A stretch of 63,692 nucleotides of DNA, counting the filler, from Octopus bimaculoides (Eukaryota): assembly GCF_001194135.2 (NCBI RefSeq). It is 5 parts of 5 records of this genome, joined end to end, with 100 filler letters (N's around TTAATTAATTAA, not from the genome) between each part and the next. Parts side by side here need not be neighbours in the genome. Positions count along the whole stretch, not along the records: positions 1 to 28,384 come from NC_068997.1; positions 28,485 to 35,861 come from NW_026319026.1; positions 35,962 to 55,806 come from NC_068998.1; 2 more parts are not named here. One strand, 5' to 3'. Made by a program: the position numbers and the translations under genes. The notes beneath the pieces are model-generated. The model ran no database searches and was not told the origin of the DNA. It worked only from the letters and a program-made list of their open reading frames with translations. Positions 24,061-36,230 of the stretch are shown one piece after another (within the stretch, counting starts at the first letter, position 1; the number at the start of each line of letters is the position of its first letter).

Positions 24061-25184
24061 TGTTATATAATATCATAGACTTGCACTTTCATCTACCATA
24101 TTGAAATTACAACTATATGGCTGCAAAGCAAACTCATTAACCATACAGTATAGCTACACTAATTAACTTCTAATTATTTGCTACATGGGTAGCAGTTATA
24201 AATTATTTCTAAGCAATGTAATATTCCTGGCTCTTTCATAACATCTCTGGGTATAAGAGAAGGCTATGTTTCATTGATGAAGTCAGAATAAGCCTGAAAT
24301 GTGCTTTCATCAGGAAATGGAAATAATGTTAGTCATGCATTAATATTGTTGACTTTTATGGGGATGCTGAATTGGTAGAATCGTTAGTGTTGAAAAAATG
24401 TTTTGTAGTATTTCTTTTCATTGCTATAAATTCTCTGTTCAAATCCCTCAAAGGTCAACTTTGTTTTTCAACCATCTGGTGCTGATGAAATAAAGTACCA
24501 GTGAAGTACTAGAGGTTGATGGTATTAACATCCTCCCCTCAAAATTTCTGGCCTTGTCCCTAAATTGCAGACAATTATTACAAAGGTAGCAAGCTGACAG
24601 AATTGTTAAAGCATCATAAAAAATACTTGGCAGTATTTGCTCTGGCTTTTAATCTCCTGAATTCAAATCCTATTAAGGTCAACTTCACCTTTCATCGTCT
24701 TGGAATTAATATAATAAAGTACCAGTTGAGTATTGAGGTTAATGGTATTGATTAGTCCCCTGCCCATAAATTTCATGCCTGTTGTAGAAAGGATTATTAT
24801 TGTTATTCACCACAAATACTTCTAGTTAACCTCTTAATGATCCTCTTGTTCTATAAATTTGGTTGTCTGTCCTCTGGAACGGCTGAATGAGTCTGAAAGT
24901 GAAGTGATATTCTATAGAATTTGTGATTTATATTTTTGTCATATATGTTTGGGTAGAAAACTTTGGAAAACAGAAAATTAAAATATAAAGTTTATATATT
25001 TTTAAAGACTTTCTAAAATGGTCGCTGTTAAAATGAATAAAAATACAAAAAAGAAACTCCGTGATATATTCATATTTAAAAAAAAAAATTTTCTGAAATA
25101 AAGGATGCTGTTATGAACATGTAGCTTTTTGTTATTCTTATTATTTTTATTGCTATTATTATTGTTGGAATTTTGTGAGGATGC

Positions 25185-25445
25185 TACTCCTGTGCAGGCG
25201 GCATGTAAAAAAATTTGAGCATGGCCGTTGCCAGTACCGCCTGACTGGCCCTTGTGCCGGTGGCACGTAAAAGCACCCACTACACTCTTGGAGTGGTTGG
25301 CATTAGGAAGGGTATCCAGCTGTAGAAACTCTGCCAGATCAGATTGGAGCCTGGTGCAGCCATCTTGTTTAGCCAGTCCTCAGTCAAATCGTCCAACCCA
25401 TGCTAGCATGGAAAGCAGACATTAAATGATGATGATGATGATGAC
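25185..25445 (+). mobile_element. SINE family C, 3' part
   Basis: GAGCATGGCCGTTGCCAGTACCGCC...GAGTGGTTGGCATTAGGAAGGG...CATGCTAGCATGGAAAGCAGACATTAAATGATGATG tail. Confidence 0.85.
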
Positions 25446-26172
25446 AACTGCAGCTGCAGGAATGCCAGTTCCCATATTCCTTCCCTTGTCTGCTGACTCT
25501 CTCTCTCTGTCTCACGTACATGCGCTTTCTCACTTTCTATTATCCACATCATCTAGTTCTCTGAAAGACAGATAGAATTCAGGCTGTGATTATTTGTTAC
25601 ATTCTTCATCTGCTCAATATTAAAGAGTCAGCTAACTCAGTACACCATATGGTAAATTAAGGTGTCAAACATAGGGTTCACACCAATGTTTAGTCTGGCT
25701 CCTGGCTCAGTTTTATAAAGAAATCCATTTTGTTATTTTTAAATTTAAATTCTGTTGTGTCTGGGGAGAGTCATTTTCTTCTGGTGCCTTATAATTTAAC
25801 ATAATCACTGGAATATGCTTCAACACTTGAACTCACATAAAGAATCTTGCAAACCAAATCCAAAAATGAAATAAATTAAAATTATTCTGTAAAATATATA
25901 TCACTAGCTTGCATTCAGAGTTGGCGCTTGACTAGTCATAATTAACATCAGTTCTGATTAAGAGAAATCATTGCACCTTAGGAAATCTACTTATCATTTT
26001 GTTATCTCAACCAGTGAAAAAGAAGCTAATGAAACTATACACTAAAAGATGTGATCTATTTCCCCTTCGCTTTATCTATACACACCAAACAAAATAGTTC
26101 TTTTTCTCTCAAATTATGCATGTTTGTTTACTTTGATTCTAGTGATATAAAAAATACTAAAAGGTTTTGCAG

Positions 26173-26219
26173 CTGAGACAATGGAAGCTTTTTATCAAAG
26201 TGTTGGTCTTCTCAAAACT
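26173..26219 (+). CDS. Candidate Rdx/MIEN1-like exon carrying the putative Sec codon (TGA 26174-26176)
   Basis: ttttgcag|C TGA GACAATG GAA GCT TTT TAT CAA AGT GTT GGT CTT CTC AAA ACT|gtaagt; EAFYQSV aligns with MIEN1 (C)GFEATYLEL and SelW2-type (U)GYEPRYQEL, but TGA is 1 nt out of frame with it. Confidence 0.45.
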
Positions 26220-27469
26220 GTAAGTAATCATTTGAATTAATTTCTATCTTCATTCTTACTCTAAGGACTCTTAATAGGTCTGTATGTGGACACTTGCATA
26301 TTCTTCCCTTCCTCTATCATTAATAAAATTGTTATAATGTATGTTGGCCTCTTTATCCATTTACTATGGCCTACATTATGAACTGGAGATTTTAGGTATA
26401 ATTGTATATATCAGACCCAAGAGATTAAGCTTGTGCTTCAATCCAACTTGCAAAACTAAGTCGGACACCCAACATGTTACAGTGTCTCTTTTGTAACTAA
26501 CTCTAACCGTGCAAATGAACAGCCTTTGTTTGTTTTCCAATTCAATGTTATGTCTTTTCCGTCTCGCTCTTTCTCTCTTTACTTAACTCTATGTGCATAC
26601 TTTCAGCACCAAAATGTTTGAGTTCAGTCATCCCTTCAGGTCTTTAGAAGCTTTTGTAAGTTGCAATGCACAAAGTCTGAATGATAGATGGTAAACATAA
26701 ACTGAATAGTAACTGGAATCTTGAGGAAATAAATTTATAAGGTGAGAAGGAATTGTACTCCAGTTCTAAGATTTTGTGGGTGAATGCATAGATTTTTCAA
26801 GTTATGCTGTCAATAGATATGTTCTTAAGTTAATAATTATTGAATCAAGAACTCTTTAGAATTTAAAGTTAATAAATAATTAATTGAACAATTGTTTCAG
26901 CGATTGAGTTAATAGTTATTAAATAATATTAGAATTTAAGAATTATGTGCATGTTAGCATATGTGAGTATGCATTAGTGTATGTGTGAGCGTGTATGTTT
27001 GTGAGAATGTGTGTATATGTGTGTCTATAAGAGTGTGTGAATTTAAGTTCATGATTGACACAAGACTCACATTTAGAAAGCTTTTTTTTCTTTGTTAATC
27101 TGTTGTAATTTGTGCAGCAAAGTTGAAATAAATATAACTTCAGCAACAATAACAACAGTAACATGATTATCTCTGCTGATCAGATTAATATGGATTTACT
27201 CAGACTTTGGTAATAATACTCTTTTGAAAAAGTAAACAGTAGAACTATTAATCTATCTACATCTCCTACTCCTGACTTTCACTTTCTCTCCACTCCTCCA
27301 CCTCATCTTTCTACTCCCTACTTCCTCCTTCACACCTCTTCTCTCCTGCCCTTCCTCCACTCCCTTCTACAGTAAGATACATTCACAAATGTTCCTTTAA
27401 TAAAACAGGTAGCTGACGATGTACAGGATAATGCATGCAAAAAAATTTGCAATGAATTGCAATTTTAAG

Positions 27470-27524
27470 CTGGAGAAAGAGAACAAAAGCCTAGTGGGAG
27501 TTGTTGAGGAAACTCAAAGAAAAG
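27470..27524 (+). CDS. Candidate Rdx-family exon LEKENKSLVGVVEETQRK(G)
   Basis: Phase 0 in and phase 1 out, bridging the 26173 and 38798 exons into a plausible Rdx sequence; acceptor (aattttaag) is weak. Confidence 0.35.
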
Positions 27525-27774
27525 GTGAAATAATGTCACTTAATTAAGACACTACTTTCAAATTTAATTATTATATTCCTTAAAGATGAAATCTGACCAC
27601 TGTTAAAGAAATGACTGATTGCTTCTGACATATTTCAGTCTTATTAAACTTCATTAGTGCAACAACAGTCAGCTTTAGTCTGCAAGATTGTAGTGGGGCT
27701 AGGCTTGGGGAGGGCATTTTTTTTTCATCTTACGAGTAAAAAGAATTATAATTTTGGCTGGTAGTTATTGTATT

Positions 27775-27990
27775 CTTTTACTTGTTTCAGTCATTTGACT
27801 GTGGCCATGCTGGAGCACTGCCGTTAGTCGAACAAATCGACCCAAGGACTTATTCTTTGTAAGCCTAGTACTTATTCTATAGGTCTCTTTTGCCAAACCA
27901 CTAAGTTACGGTGACATAAACACATCAGCATCGGTTGTCAAGCGATGTTGGGGGGACAAACACATACACAAACATATACATACACACATA
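27775..27990 (-). mobile_element. SINE family A, 3' half
   Basis: CTTTTACTTGTTTCAGTCATTTGACTGTGGCCATGCTGGAGCAC... homologous to 3270-3480; cut at its (TA)n tract by an LTR. Confidence 0.9.
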
Positions 27991-27996
27991 TATATA

Positions 27997-28384
27997 TGTA
28001 AGGGACGACCGTGTGAATTCATAAAAGGAGAAATGGTGACGAATGGAAAAACAGAGGACTCCTTTTATTTAAACGTGTCACACGGTCGAACAGACAATAT
28101 TATATATATCAGATATGATATACAAAATGTTATACGACGATAACATAGATGACCAGTAATGAAAGACCACAACCGTATAAGATGAATAACAGAGATATTT
28201 ATTGTAGCGTTAAAGATGTATGTCGGTGTGAGAGTGTGAATGCTACATATAATAACATAATCAAAGACAGGCCGTCGTACAAAGAAAAGTGTGTATGTGA
28301 GTGATACTGTATGTGTATTATTACAGCAGATAGAAAGAGAGTCAATAACACGTGAGCAATTATACCATTTCTTTAGTACACTAT
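27997..28384 (-). mobile_element. LTR fragment related to the 9785-10790 solo LTR
   Basis: Begins TGTAAG in a (TA)n tract; shares CGACCGTG, AAGGAGA..GGTGACG, AGACAGGCCGTC and ATAGAAAGAG with the reverse complement of about 10480-10790; truncated by the scaffold join. Confidence 0.7.
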
Positions 28385-28484
28385 NNNNNNNNNNNNNNNN
28401 NNNNNNNNNNNNNNNNNNNNNNNNNNNNTTAATTAATTAANNNNNNNNNNNNNNNNNNNNNNNNNNNNNNNNNNNNNNNNNNNN
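28385..28484. other. Artificial scaffold-join linker N44-TTAATTAATTAA-N44
   Basis: Exactly 100 nt; the 12-mer places stop codons in all six frames; the same construct recurs three more times. Confidence 0.95.
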
Positions 28485-30384
28485 CCCCGTTTTAAAAAAG
28501 ATCCTTTTATTACAAATTCTAATGTTTGATGTTCAAATAGTTTATGATCTCAAAAGAAAGGAAAATGGAAAGACACAAACTGTGTAGTATCAAAAAAGAA
28601 TGGACACTCAGTATTTCAATGGAATACATACATACATACATACATACATACACATGTATACACATACATACGTACATGCATGCACGAATGTATACATGCA
28701 TACATACACACATCCATACACACATACATGCGTGCNNNNNNNNNNAAATGTGGTGGTCAGTCGAAATTTACTCTAAAGTTAAAATGAGAAAGTGAATAAC
28801 GTAAATGCATACAAACTAGACAAGAAATCACTGTTAGATTTGGCATTAAGAATCTATTCACATTTCAAGCAACTCAAAGAAGATTGTCCTGATAGAATCA
28901 AGAAAGAGAAGCAAATTATTAATGACCCCTTTTTATATGATCAGTGGGTCAGACAAGAACAGAACCGACAACCTTCTTGACCGGTGTGCTTGATATGCAA
29001 AAAGGCCCACTTTGAACTTTGCCAACTAATACCTTTCTGTTCTATATTTAAGAGATGAGGAATTATTTACATTATTTACATNNNNNNNNNNNNNNNNNNN
29101 NNNNNNNNNNNNNNNNNNNNNNNNNNNNNNNNNNNNNNNNNNNNNNNNNNNNNNNNNNNNNNNNNNNNNNNNNNNNNNNNNNNNNNNNNNNNNNNNNNNN
29201 NNNNNNNNNNNNNNNNNNNNNNNNNNNNNNNNNNNNNNNNNNNNNNNNNNNNNNNNNNNNNNNNNNNNNNNNNNNNNNNNNNNNNNNNNNNNNNNNNNNN
29301 NNNNNNNNNNNNNNNNNNNNNNNNNNNNNNNNNNNNNNNNNNNNNNNNNNNNNNNNNNNNNNNNNNNNNNNNNNNNNNNNNNNNNNNNNNNNNNNNNNNN
29401 NNNNNNNNNNNNNNNNNNNNNNNNNNNNNNNNNNNNNNNNNNNNNNNNNNNNNNNNNNNNNNNNNNNNNNNNNNNNNNNNNNNNNNNNNNNNNNNNNNNN
29501 NNNNNNNNNNNNNNNNNNNNNNNNNNNNNNNNNNNNNNNNNNNNNNNNNNNNNNNNNNNNNNNNNNNNNNNNNNNNNNNNNNNNNNNNNNNNNNNNNNNN
29601 NNNNNNNNNNNNNNNNNNNNNNNNNNNNNNNNNNNNNNNNNNNNNNNNNNNNNNNNNNNNNNNNNNNNNNNNNNNNNNNNNNNNNNNNNNNNNNNNNNNN
29701 NNNNNNNNNNNNNNNNNNNNNNNNNNNNNNNNNNNNNNNNNNNNNNNNNNNNNNNNNNNNNNNNNNNNNNNNNNNNNNNNNNNNNNNNNNNNNNNNNNNN
29801 NNNNNNNNNNNNNNNNNNNNNNNNNNNNNNNNNNNNNNNNNNNNNNNNNNNNNNNNNNNNNNNNNNNNNNNNNNNNNNNNNNNNNNNNNNNNNNNNNNNN
29901 NNNNNNNNNNNNNNNNNNNNNNNNNNNNNNNNNNNNNNNNNNNCAAGGCTTAGCATCAATGTTTGAAACAATATAGGTTCTGCTTAAGGTGGTCAATGAT
30001 AATGTATTGTTGTTTAACTGTAAGTCAGATTTGATCATAATCAAAGACTTTGCACAAAGACTTTCTTATCTTTATTCATATATGGTGCATGTGAGATTAC
30101 TTGATGTAAGGCATCCTTCCTTATTTCAGACAGTAGAGGTGGCTGTCCATATTTTACATCAGATTACCATCTCTTTATAAATCAGAGTTATGTTAGGTGT
30201 TTAGCTTTCTAAGGGNNNNNNNNNNNNNNNNNNNNNNAAGATCAGTTACCCCAGCACCATCGCAACCCCCTATGGACCATCATCCATTCTAAAACTGTAG
30301 GAATTATACTATAGCAATAACTTTCAGGCATTTATCAATATTCTAATAGTGACCTACCTTGATCAATAACAACTACCTTAATCG

Positions 30385-30620
30385 TCACCACCACCACCAC
30401 CACCACCATCATCGTTTAACGTCCGTTTTCCATGCTGGNNNNNNNNNNACCACCACCACCACCACCATCATCGTTTAACGTCCGTTTTCCATGCTGGCAT
30501 GGGTTAGACGGTTTAACAGGAGCTGGGCAGCTAGAGAGCTGTCCAAGGTTGAATTGTTTGTTTTGACATGGTTTCTACGGCTATATGCCCTTCCTAGTGC
30601 CAACATCAGACACAAAAAGA
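30385..30620 (-). mobile_element. SINE family C fragment with an assembly-duplicated end
   Basis: CATCATCGTTTAACGTCCGTTTTCCATGCTGG appears on both sides of a 10-N gap (30439-30448). Confidence 0.8.
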
Positions 30621-33593
30621 TTTCCATTCATAAAAAGCTCCTGAAAGATCTTGAACATGCTCTACACGGATGTAAATCATTAAGTAAAACCGTAGAAAAT
30701 TATTCATTGCTAATTATATATATATCACTGCGTGGCATCTTGGGCAAGTGTCTTCTACTATAGCCNNNNNNNNNNNNNNNNNNNNNNNNNNNNNNNNNNN
30801 NNNNNNNNNNNNNNNNNNNNNNNNNNNNNNNNNNNNNNNNNNNNNNNNNNNNNNNNNNNNNNNNNNNNNNNNNNNNNNNNNNNNNNNNNNNNNNNNNNNN
30901 NNNNNNNNNNNNNNNNNNNNNNNNNNNNNNNNNNNNNNNNNNNNNNNNNNNNNNNNNNNNNNNNNNNNNNNNNNNNNNNNNNNNNNNNNNNNNNNNNNNN
31001 NNNNNNNNNNNNNNNNNNNNNNNNNNNNNNNNNNNNNNNNNNNNNNNNNNNNNNNNNNNNNNNNNNNNNNNNNNNNNNNNNNNNNNNNNNNNNNNNNNNN
31101 NNNNNNNNNNNNNNNNNNNNNNNNNNNNNNNNNNNNNNNNNNNNNNNNNNNNNNNNNNNNNNNNNNNNNNNNNNNNNNNNNNNNNNNNNNNNNNNNNNNN
31201 NNNNNNNNNNNNNNNNNNNNNNNNNNNNNNNNNNNNNNNNNNNNNNNNNNNNNNNNNNNNNNNNNNNNNNNNNNNNNNNNNNNNNNNNNNNNNNNNNNNN
31301 NNNNNNNNNNNNNNNNNNNNNNNNNNNNNNNNNNNNNNNNNNNNNNNNNNNNNNNNNNNNNNNNNNNNNNNNNNNNNNNNNNNNNNNNNNNNNNNNNNNN
31401 NNNNNNNNNNNNNNNNNNNNNNNNNNNNNNNNNNNNNNNNNNNNNNNNNNNNNNNNNNNNNNNNNNNNNNNNNNNNNNNNNNNNNNNNNNNNNNNNNNNN
31501 NNNNNNNNNNNNNNNNNNNNNNNNNNNNNNNNNNNNNNNNNNNNNNNNNNNNNNNNNNNNNNNNNNNNNNNNNNNNNNNNNNNNNNNNNNNNNNNNNNNN
31601 NNNNNNNNNNNNNNNNNNNNNNNNNNNNNNNNNNNNNNNNNNNNNNNNNNNNNNNNNNNNNNNNNNNNNNNNNNNNNNNNNNNNNNNNNNNNNNNNNNNN
31701 NNNNNNNNNNNNNNNNNNNNNNNNNNNNNNNNNNNNNNNNNNNNNNNNNNNNNNNNNNNAGGACTGAAACAAGTAAAAGAGAGTAAAAGAGTAATATATA
31801 TATATATATATAAACTCTATAGAGTGAAGTGGTTGTGGTCAAAATGACACATATCAAGCCATGTAATCACGCATACACAAAGATGGTGTGAGTGAGAGGG
31901 TGAGATAAACACATGAAAACGCTCCACTTGAGACGAGCGACCTAGAGCTAAGCAGCAACCAAAGTACCATGGCGGTACCACTCGGAGATCGCTCAATCTG
32001 CTAGATAAAGCGACCATTCATCTTTCAAGTCACATACAATTGACTTGGGAAGAAAATAAATAAAAAAAAAATTCTGATATTAGAAAGGGACAGTCACGGC
32101 TGAAGTAGCTTGACTAAAGTTAAACCAGAACTAAAAAAAAACCAACCACAACTAAAGAAAGTCAATTTGAGGAAGATCGACCTACAAATAACAAAGTTTC
32201 TTTAAAATAACACCATTTCACCTTCAAAAGTATGACCAGATATATATATACACGCACACACACGCACATGAGTATGCGTACATGTGTGTGTGNNNNNNNN
32301 NNNNNNNNNNNNNNNNNNNNNNNNNNNNNNNNNNNNNNNNNNNNNNNNNNNNNNNNNNNNNNNNNNNNNNNNNNNNNNNNNNNNNNNNNNNNNNNNNNNN
32401 NNNNNNNNNNNNNNNNNNNNNNNNNNNNNNNNNNNNNNNNNNNNNNNNNNNNNNNNNNNNNNNNNNCACACACACACACACACACAAAACATAAGACAAA
32501 GCCAGGTGAGGGAACAAGAAGCAGGTATATTAGTTCGACGCTCAGGATGAATGGAGAAGTCTTTCAGAATTCGACCCTATGCTCATCAACAGAGAGGGAT
32601 GAGACGCAAAAAGAAGTAGGGGAGAGAGAATAAATGTGTCAGAATTAATGGTTTAACATGATGAAATAACCAAAAGAAAGAGACCATATNNNNNNNNNNN
32701 NNNNNNNNNNNNNNNNNNNNNNNNNNNNNNNNNNNNNNNNNNNNNNNNNNNNNNNNNNNNNNNNNNNNNNNNNNNNNNNNNNNNNNNNNNNNNNNNNNNN
32801 NNNNNNNNNNNNNNNNNNNNNNNNNNNNNNNNNNNNNNNNNNNNNNNNNNNNNNNNNNNNNNNNNNNNNNNNNNNNNNNNNNNNNNNNNNNNNNNNNNNN
32901 NNNNNNNNNNNNNNNNNNNNNNNNNNNNNNNNNNNNNNNNNNNNNNNNNNNNNNNNNNNNNNNNNNNNNNNNNNNNNNNNNNNNNNNNNNNNNNNNNNNN
33001 NNNNNNNNNNNNNNNNNNNNNNNNNNNNNNNNNNNNNNNNNNNNNNNNNNNNNNNNNNNNNNNNNNNNNNNNNNNNNNNNNNNNNNNNNNNNNNNNNNNN
33101 NNNNNNNNNNNNNNNNNNNNNNNNNNNNNNNNNNNNNNNNNNNNNNNNNNNNNNNNNNNNNNNNNNNNNNNNNNNNNNNNNNNNNNNNNNNNNNNNNNNN
33201 NNNNNNNNNNNNNNNNNNNNNNNNNNNNNNNNNNNNNNNNNNNNNNNNNNNNNNNNNNNNNNNNNNNNNNNNNNNNNNNNNNNNNNNNNNNNNNNNNNNN
33301 NNNNNNNNNNNNNNNNNNNNNNNNNNNNNNNNNNNNNNNNNNNNNNNNNNNNNNNNNNNNNNNNNNNNNNNNNNNNNNNNNNNNNNNNNNNNNNNNNNNN
33401 NNNNNNNNNNNNNNNNNNNNNNNNNNNNNNNNNNNNNNNNNNNNNNNNNNNNNNNNNNNNNNNNNNNNNNNNNNNNNNNNNNNNNNNNNNNNNNNNNNNN
33501 NNNNNNNNNNNNNNNNNNNNNNNNNNNNNNNNNNNNNNNNNNNNNNNNNNNNNNNNNNNNNNNNNNNNNNNNNNNNNNNNNNNNNNNNNNNNN

Positions 33594-33805
33594 CCTTTAG
33601 TCGAACAAATCGACCCCAAAGGCATATTCTTTGTAAGCCAAGTATATTCTATCGGTCTCTTTTACCAAACCACTAAGTTACGGGGACGTAAGCAGACCAA
33701 CACCGGTTGTCAAACGATAGTAGGGGGACAAACACAGACACACAAATACATACATACACACATACATGCATACGTACATACATGCATACATACACAACGC
33801 GCTTC
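33594..33805 (-). mobile_element. SINE family A fragment
   Basis: CCTTTAGTCGAACAAATCGACCCC...CTAAGTTACGGGGACGTAA...CGGTTGTCAA. Confidence 0.85.
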
Positions 33806-34899
33806 TNNNNNNNNNNNNNNNNNNNNNNNNNNNNNNNNNNNNNNNNNNNNNNNNNNNNNNNNNNNNNNNNNNNNNNNNNNNNNNNNNNNNNNNNNNNNNN
33901 NNNNNNNNNNNNNNNNNNNNNNNNNNNNNNNNNNNNNNNNNNNNNNNNNNNNNNNNNNNNNNNNNNNNNNNNNNNNNNNNNNNNNNNNNNNNNNNNNNNN
34001 NNNNNNNNNNNNNNNNNNNNNNNNNNNNNNNNNNNNNNNNNNNNNNNNNNNNNNNNNNNNNNNNNNNNNNNNNNNNNNNNNNNNNNNNNNNNNNNNNNNN
34101 NNNNNNNNNNNNNNNNNNNNNNNNNNNNNNNNNNNNNNNNNNNNNNNNNNNNNNNNNNNNNNNNNNNNNNNNNNNNNNNNNNNNNNNNNNNNNNNNNNNN
34201 NNNNNNNNNNNNNNNNNNNNNNNNNNNNNNNNNNNNNNNNNNNNNNNNNNNNNNNNNNNNNNNNNNNNNNNNNNNNNNNNNNNNNNNNNNNNNNNNNNNN
34301 NNNNNNNNNNNNNNNNNNNNNNNNNNNNNNNNNNNNNNNNNNNNNNNNNNNNNNNNNNNNNNNNNNNNNNNNNNNNNNNNNNNNNNNNNNNNNNNNNNNN
34401 NNNNNNNNNNNNNNNNNNNNNNNNNNNNNNNNNNNNNNNNNNNNNNNNNNNNNNNNNNNNNNNNNNNNNNNNNNNNNNNNNNNNNNNNNNNNNNNNNNNN
34501 NNNNNNNNNNNNNNNNNNNNNNNNNNNNNNNNNNNNNNNNNNNNNNNNNNNNNNNNNNNNNNNNNNNNNNNNNNNNNNNNNNNNNACCCGGGTGGATTTG
34601 ACGAATTTCCTTCATCACAATGTATCGCCACTAGTCGCGGTCTTTGATATTTCCGCCGTGAAGTTGAACCGCCTGAAAGCAGCTTTTACCACTTCTAGTC
34701 ATGACTTTTGTCTTCCACTCGAATTAATTTACACTCATTGCCCATCTCGCAACTTACGTATCAGAGGACTGGAATAGCGCAGTTCTTTCTTTTGCCCACT
34801 AAGCGTGGTGTAGCGTGGAATATACGGAAAAGTTTCAACATATCCTGCTGTAGTTGAGTATATGAAGTTTAATTGGAAAGGGATGGCCACACAAAATGG

Positions 34900-35080
34900 C
34901 AACATTGCCAAACTACTGTCCAAACATCTAATTCCTCTCATACCATGTCTTTCTTTTAGCTTCTTCACGCTTAGTTGTTTATAGAAACTGACATCACCCA
35001 CTCAGTGAAGCATGCTCATCACATTTCTTTCCAGTCTTCACACATGTTATGCATTCACTGCCTCCGTTTCGTAGACATGT
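34900..35080 (-). mobile_element. RTE-like LINE C-terminal fragment
   Basis: SMLH*VGDVSFYKQLSVKKLKERHGMRGIRC resembles the RTE C-terminal motif MLRWMCNVS....S...LRE.L..RGIRC. Confidence 0.5.
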
Positions 35081-35861
35081 AATACTGCACTACCTAAAAT
35101 CAGTCTTTTACTCCCGAAGGGAAAATGTTTGTGCCGTCAATAGTAGTAATCTTTCTCCCTTTTTTTGTTTTTTTAATCTTTAGCTTTTGGCTCTTTAACT
35201 TTCGAAACAGGTTATGTGAGTAAAAATATTAGCTACTTCCAGGGAGAATTCCGAATATTCTTAAGAATCTATACACCAGGTGTTCTTACTATAACTATTT
35301 CTCCGAATTTGCTATATTCGAAATAAGCCTTTCCTCTCTGTCTGCCGGTCTGTAATTCTAGTATTCATGTTTATATTGCGTTCACCATATGGAATTCCTT
35401 GCTCTTTTCCAGAGCACAATCCTCTTTTCTTTTCGTTTTTCATGTATCATTCTCCTTTGCTTGGTTTGCTTTAAGACGCTTTGATTCTTGGCTTTGTACG
35501 TCCGGAATATATTCTTTAAATCTTCGACACATTTAGTCATAAGAGCTTGGCTATTTTATCAGGAGCTACCATGGACAACTAGTATTATACATACCTAGAC
35601 TATATCTATATCCATTTACCTGTCTTGCTCTCTCTCTCTCTCTCTCTTTCTCTCCCCCTCTCTCTCTCTCTCCCTCTCTCTCTCTCTTTCTTTCTCTCTC
35701 TCTCCCTTTCACCCTTTCTCTTTTATCTCACTTGCATACATATACATACTCAAACATGCCGTGAAACGGGGTTACTTTGAACAGTGATGTCTTTCATTAA
35801 TAAATACAAAAAAAAAAAGTCAAAGAACAGTTTTAAGTATTATAACACTAAAGAAAATGTC

Positions 35862-35961
35862 NNNNNNNNNNNNNNNNNNNNNNNNNNNNNNNNNNNNNNN
35901 NNNNNTTAATTAATTAANNNNNNNNNNNNNNNNNNNNNNNNNNNNNNNNNNNNNNNNNNNN
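35862..35961. other. Artificial scaffold-join linker
   Basis: N44-TTAATTAATTAA (35906-35917)-N44. Confidence 0.95.
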
Positions 35962-36230
35962 ACAATTGTAGTAACGCCTGCGCATGCGTAGTCTTACGCA
36001 TGCGTAGAATTAAGCAAGCAAGCGTTTCCCGCTCAATTCATTCTCTTTCACGCTGGCCAGCGATTGAGCATGGACGTGTGTTTAAAAGCTGTCTCTACAT
36101 CTTTCGGTCTTACACTCGACAGCTCGTTATTCTCACCTCTAAAGATGTATAACTAAAGATATGTATGTTTTACCAAGTAAATATATGTTGTTTAAGTTGT
36201 TTAGTCTGGAGTTCAGCGTCACGTTGTATT
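35962..36230. promoter_or_regulatory. CpG-rich promoter-like element with two NRF1-type motifs
   Basis: TGCGCATGCG (35979-35988), palindrome TACGCATGCGTA (35995-36006), partial ZNF143-like ACTACAA on the minus strand (35966-35972); CpG-rich relative to the downstream 14 kb; possible donor CAA|gtaaat near 36177. Confidence 0.55.

Noticed and set aside
28792-28980. 62-codon ORF NNVNAYKLDKK...
   Set aside because: Non-ATG start, between gaps, no recognisable domain.
30387-30500. Tandem copy of a SINE end across a 10-N gap
   Set aside because: Typical unmerged contig overlap.
29026-34777. Long ORFs of 290-385 aa in the ORF track
   Set aside because: They are open only because they run through N gaps.
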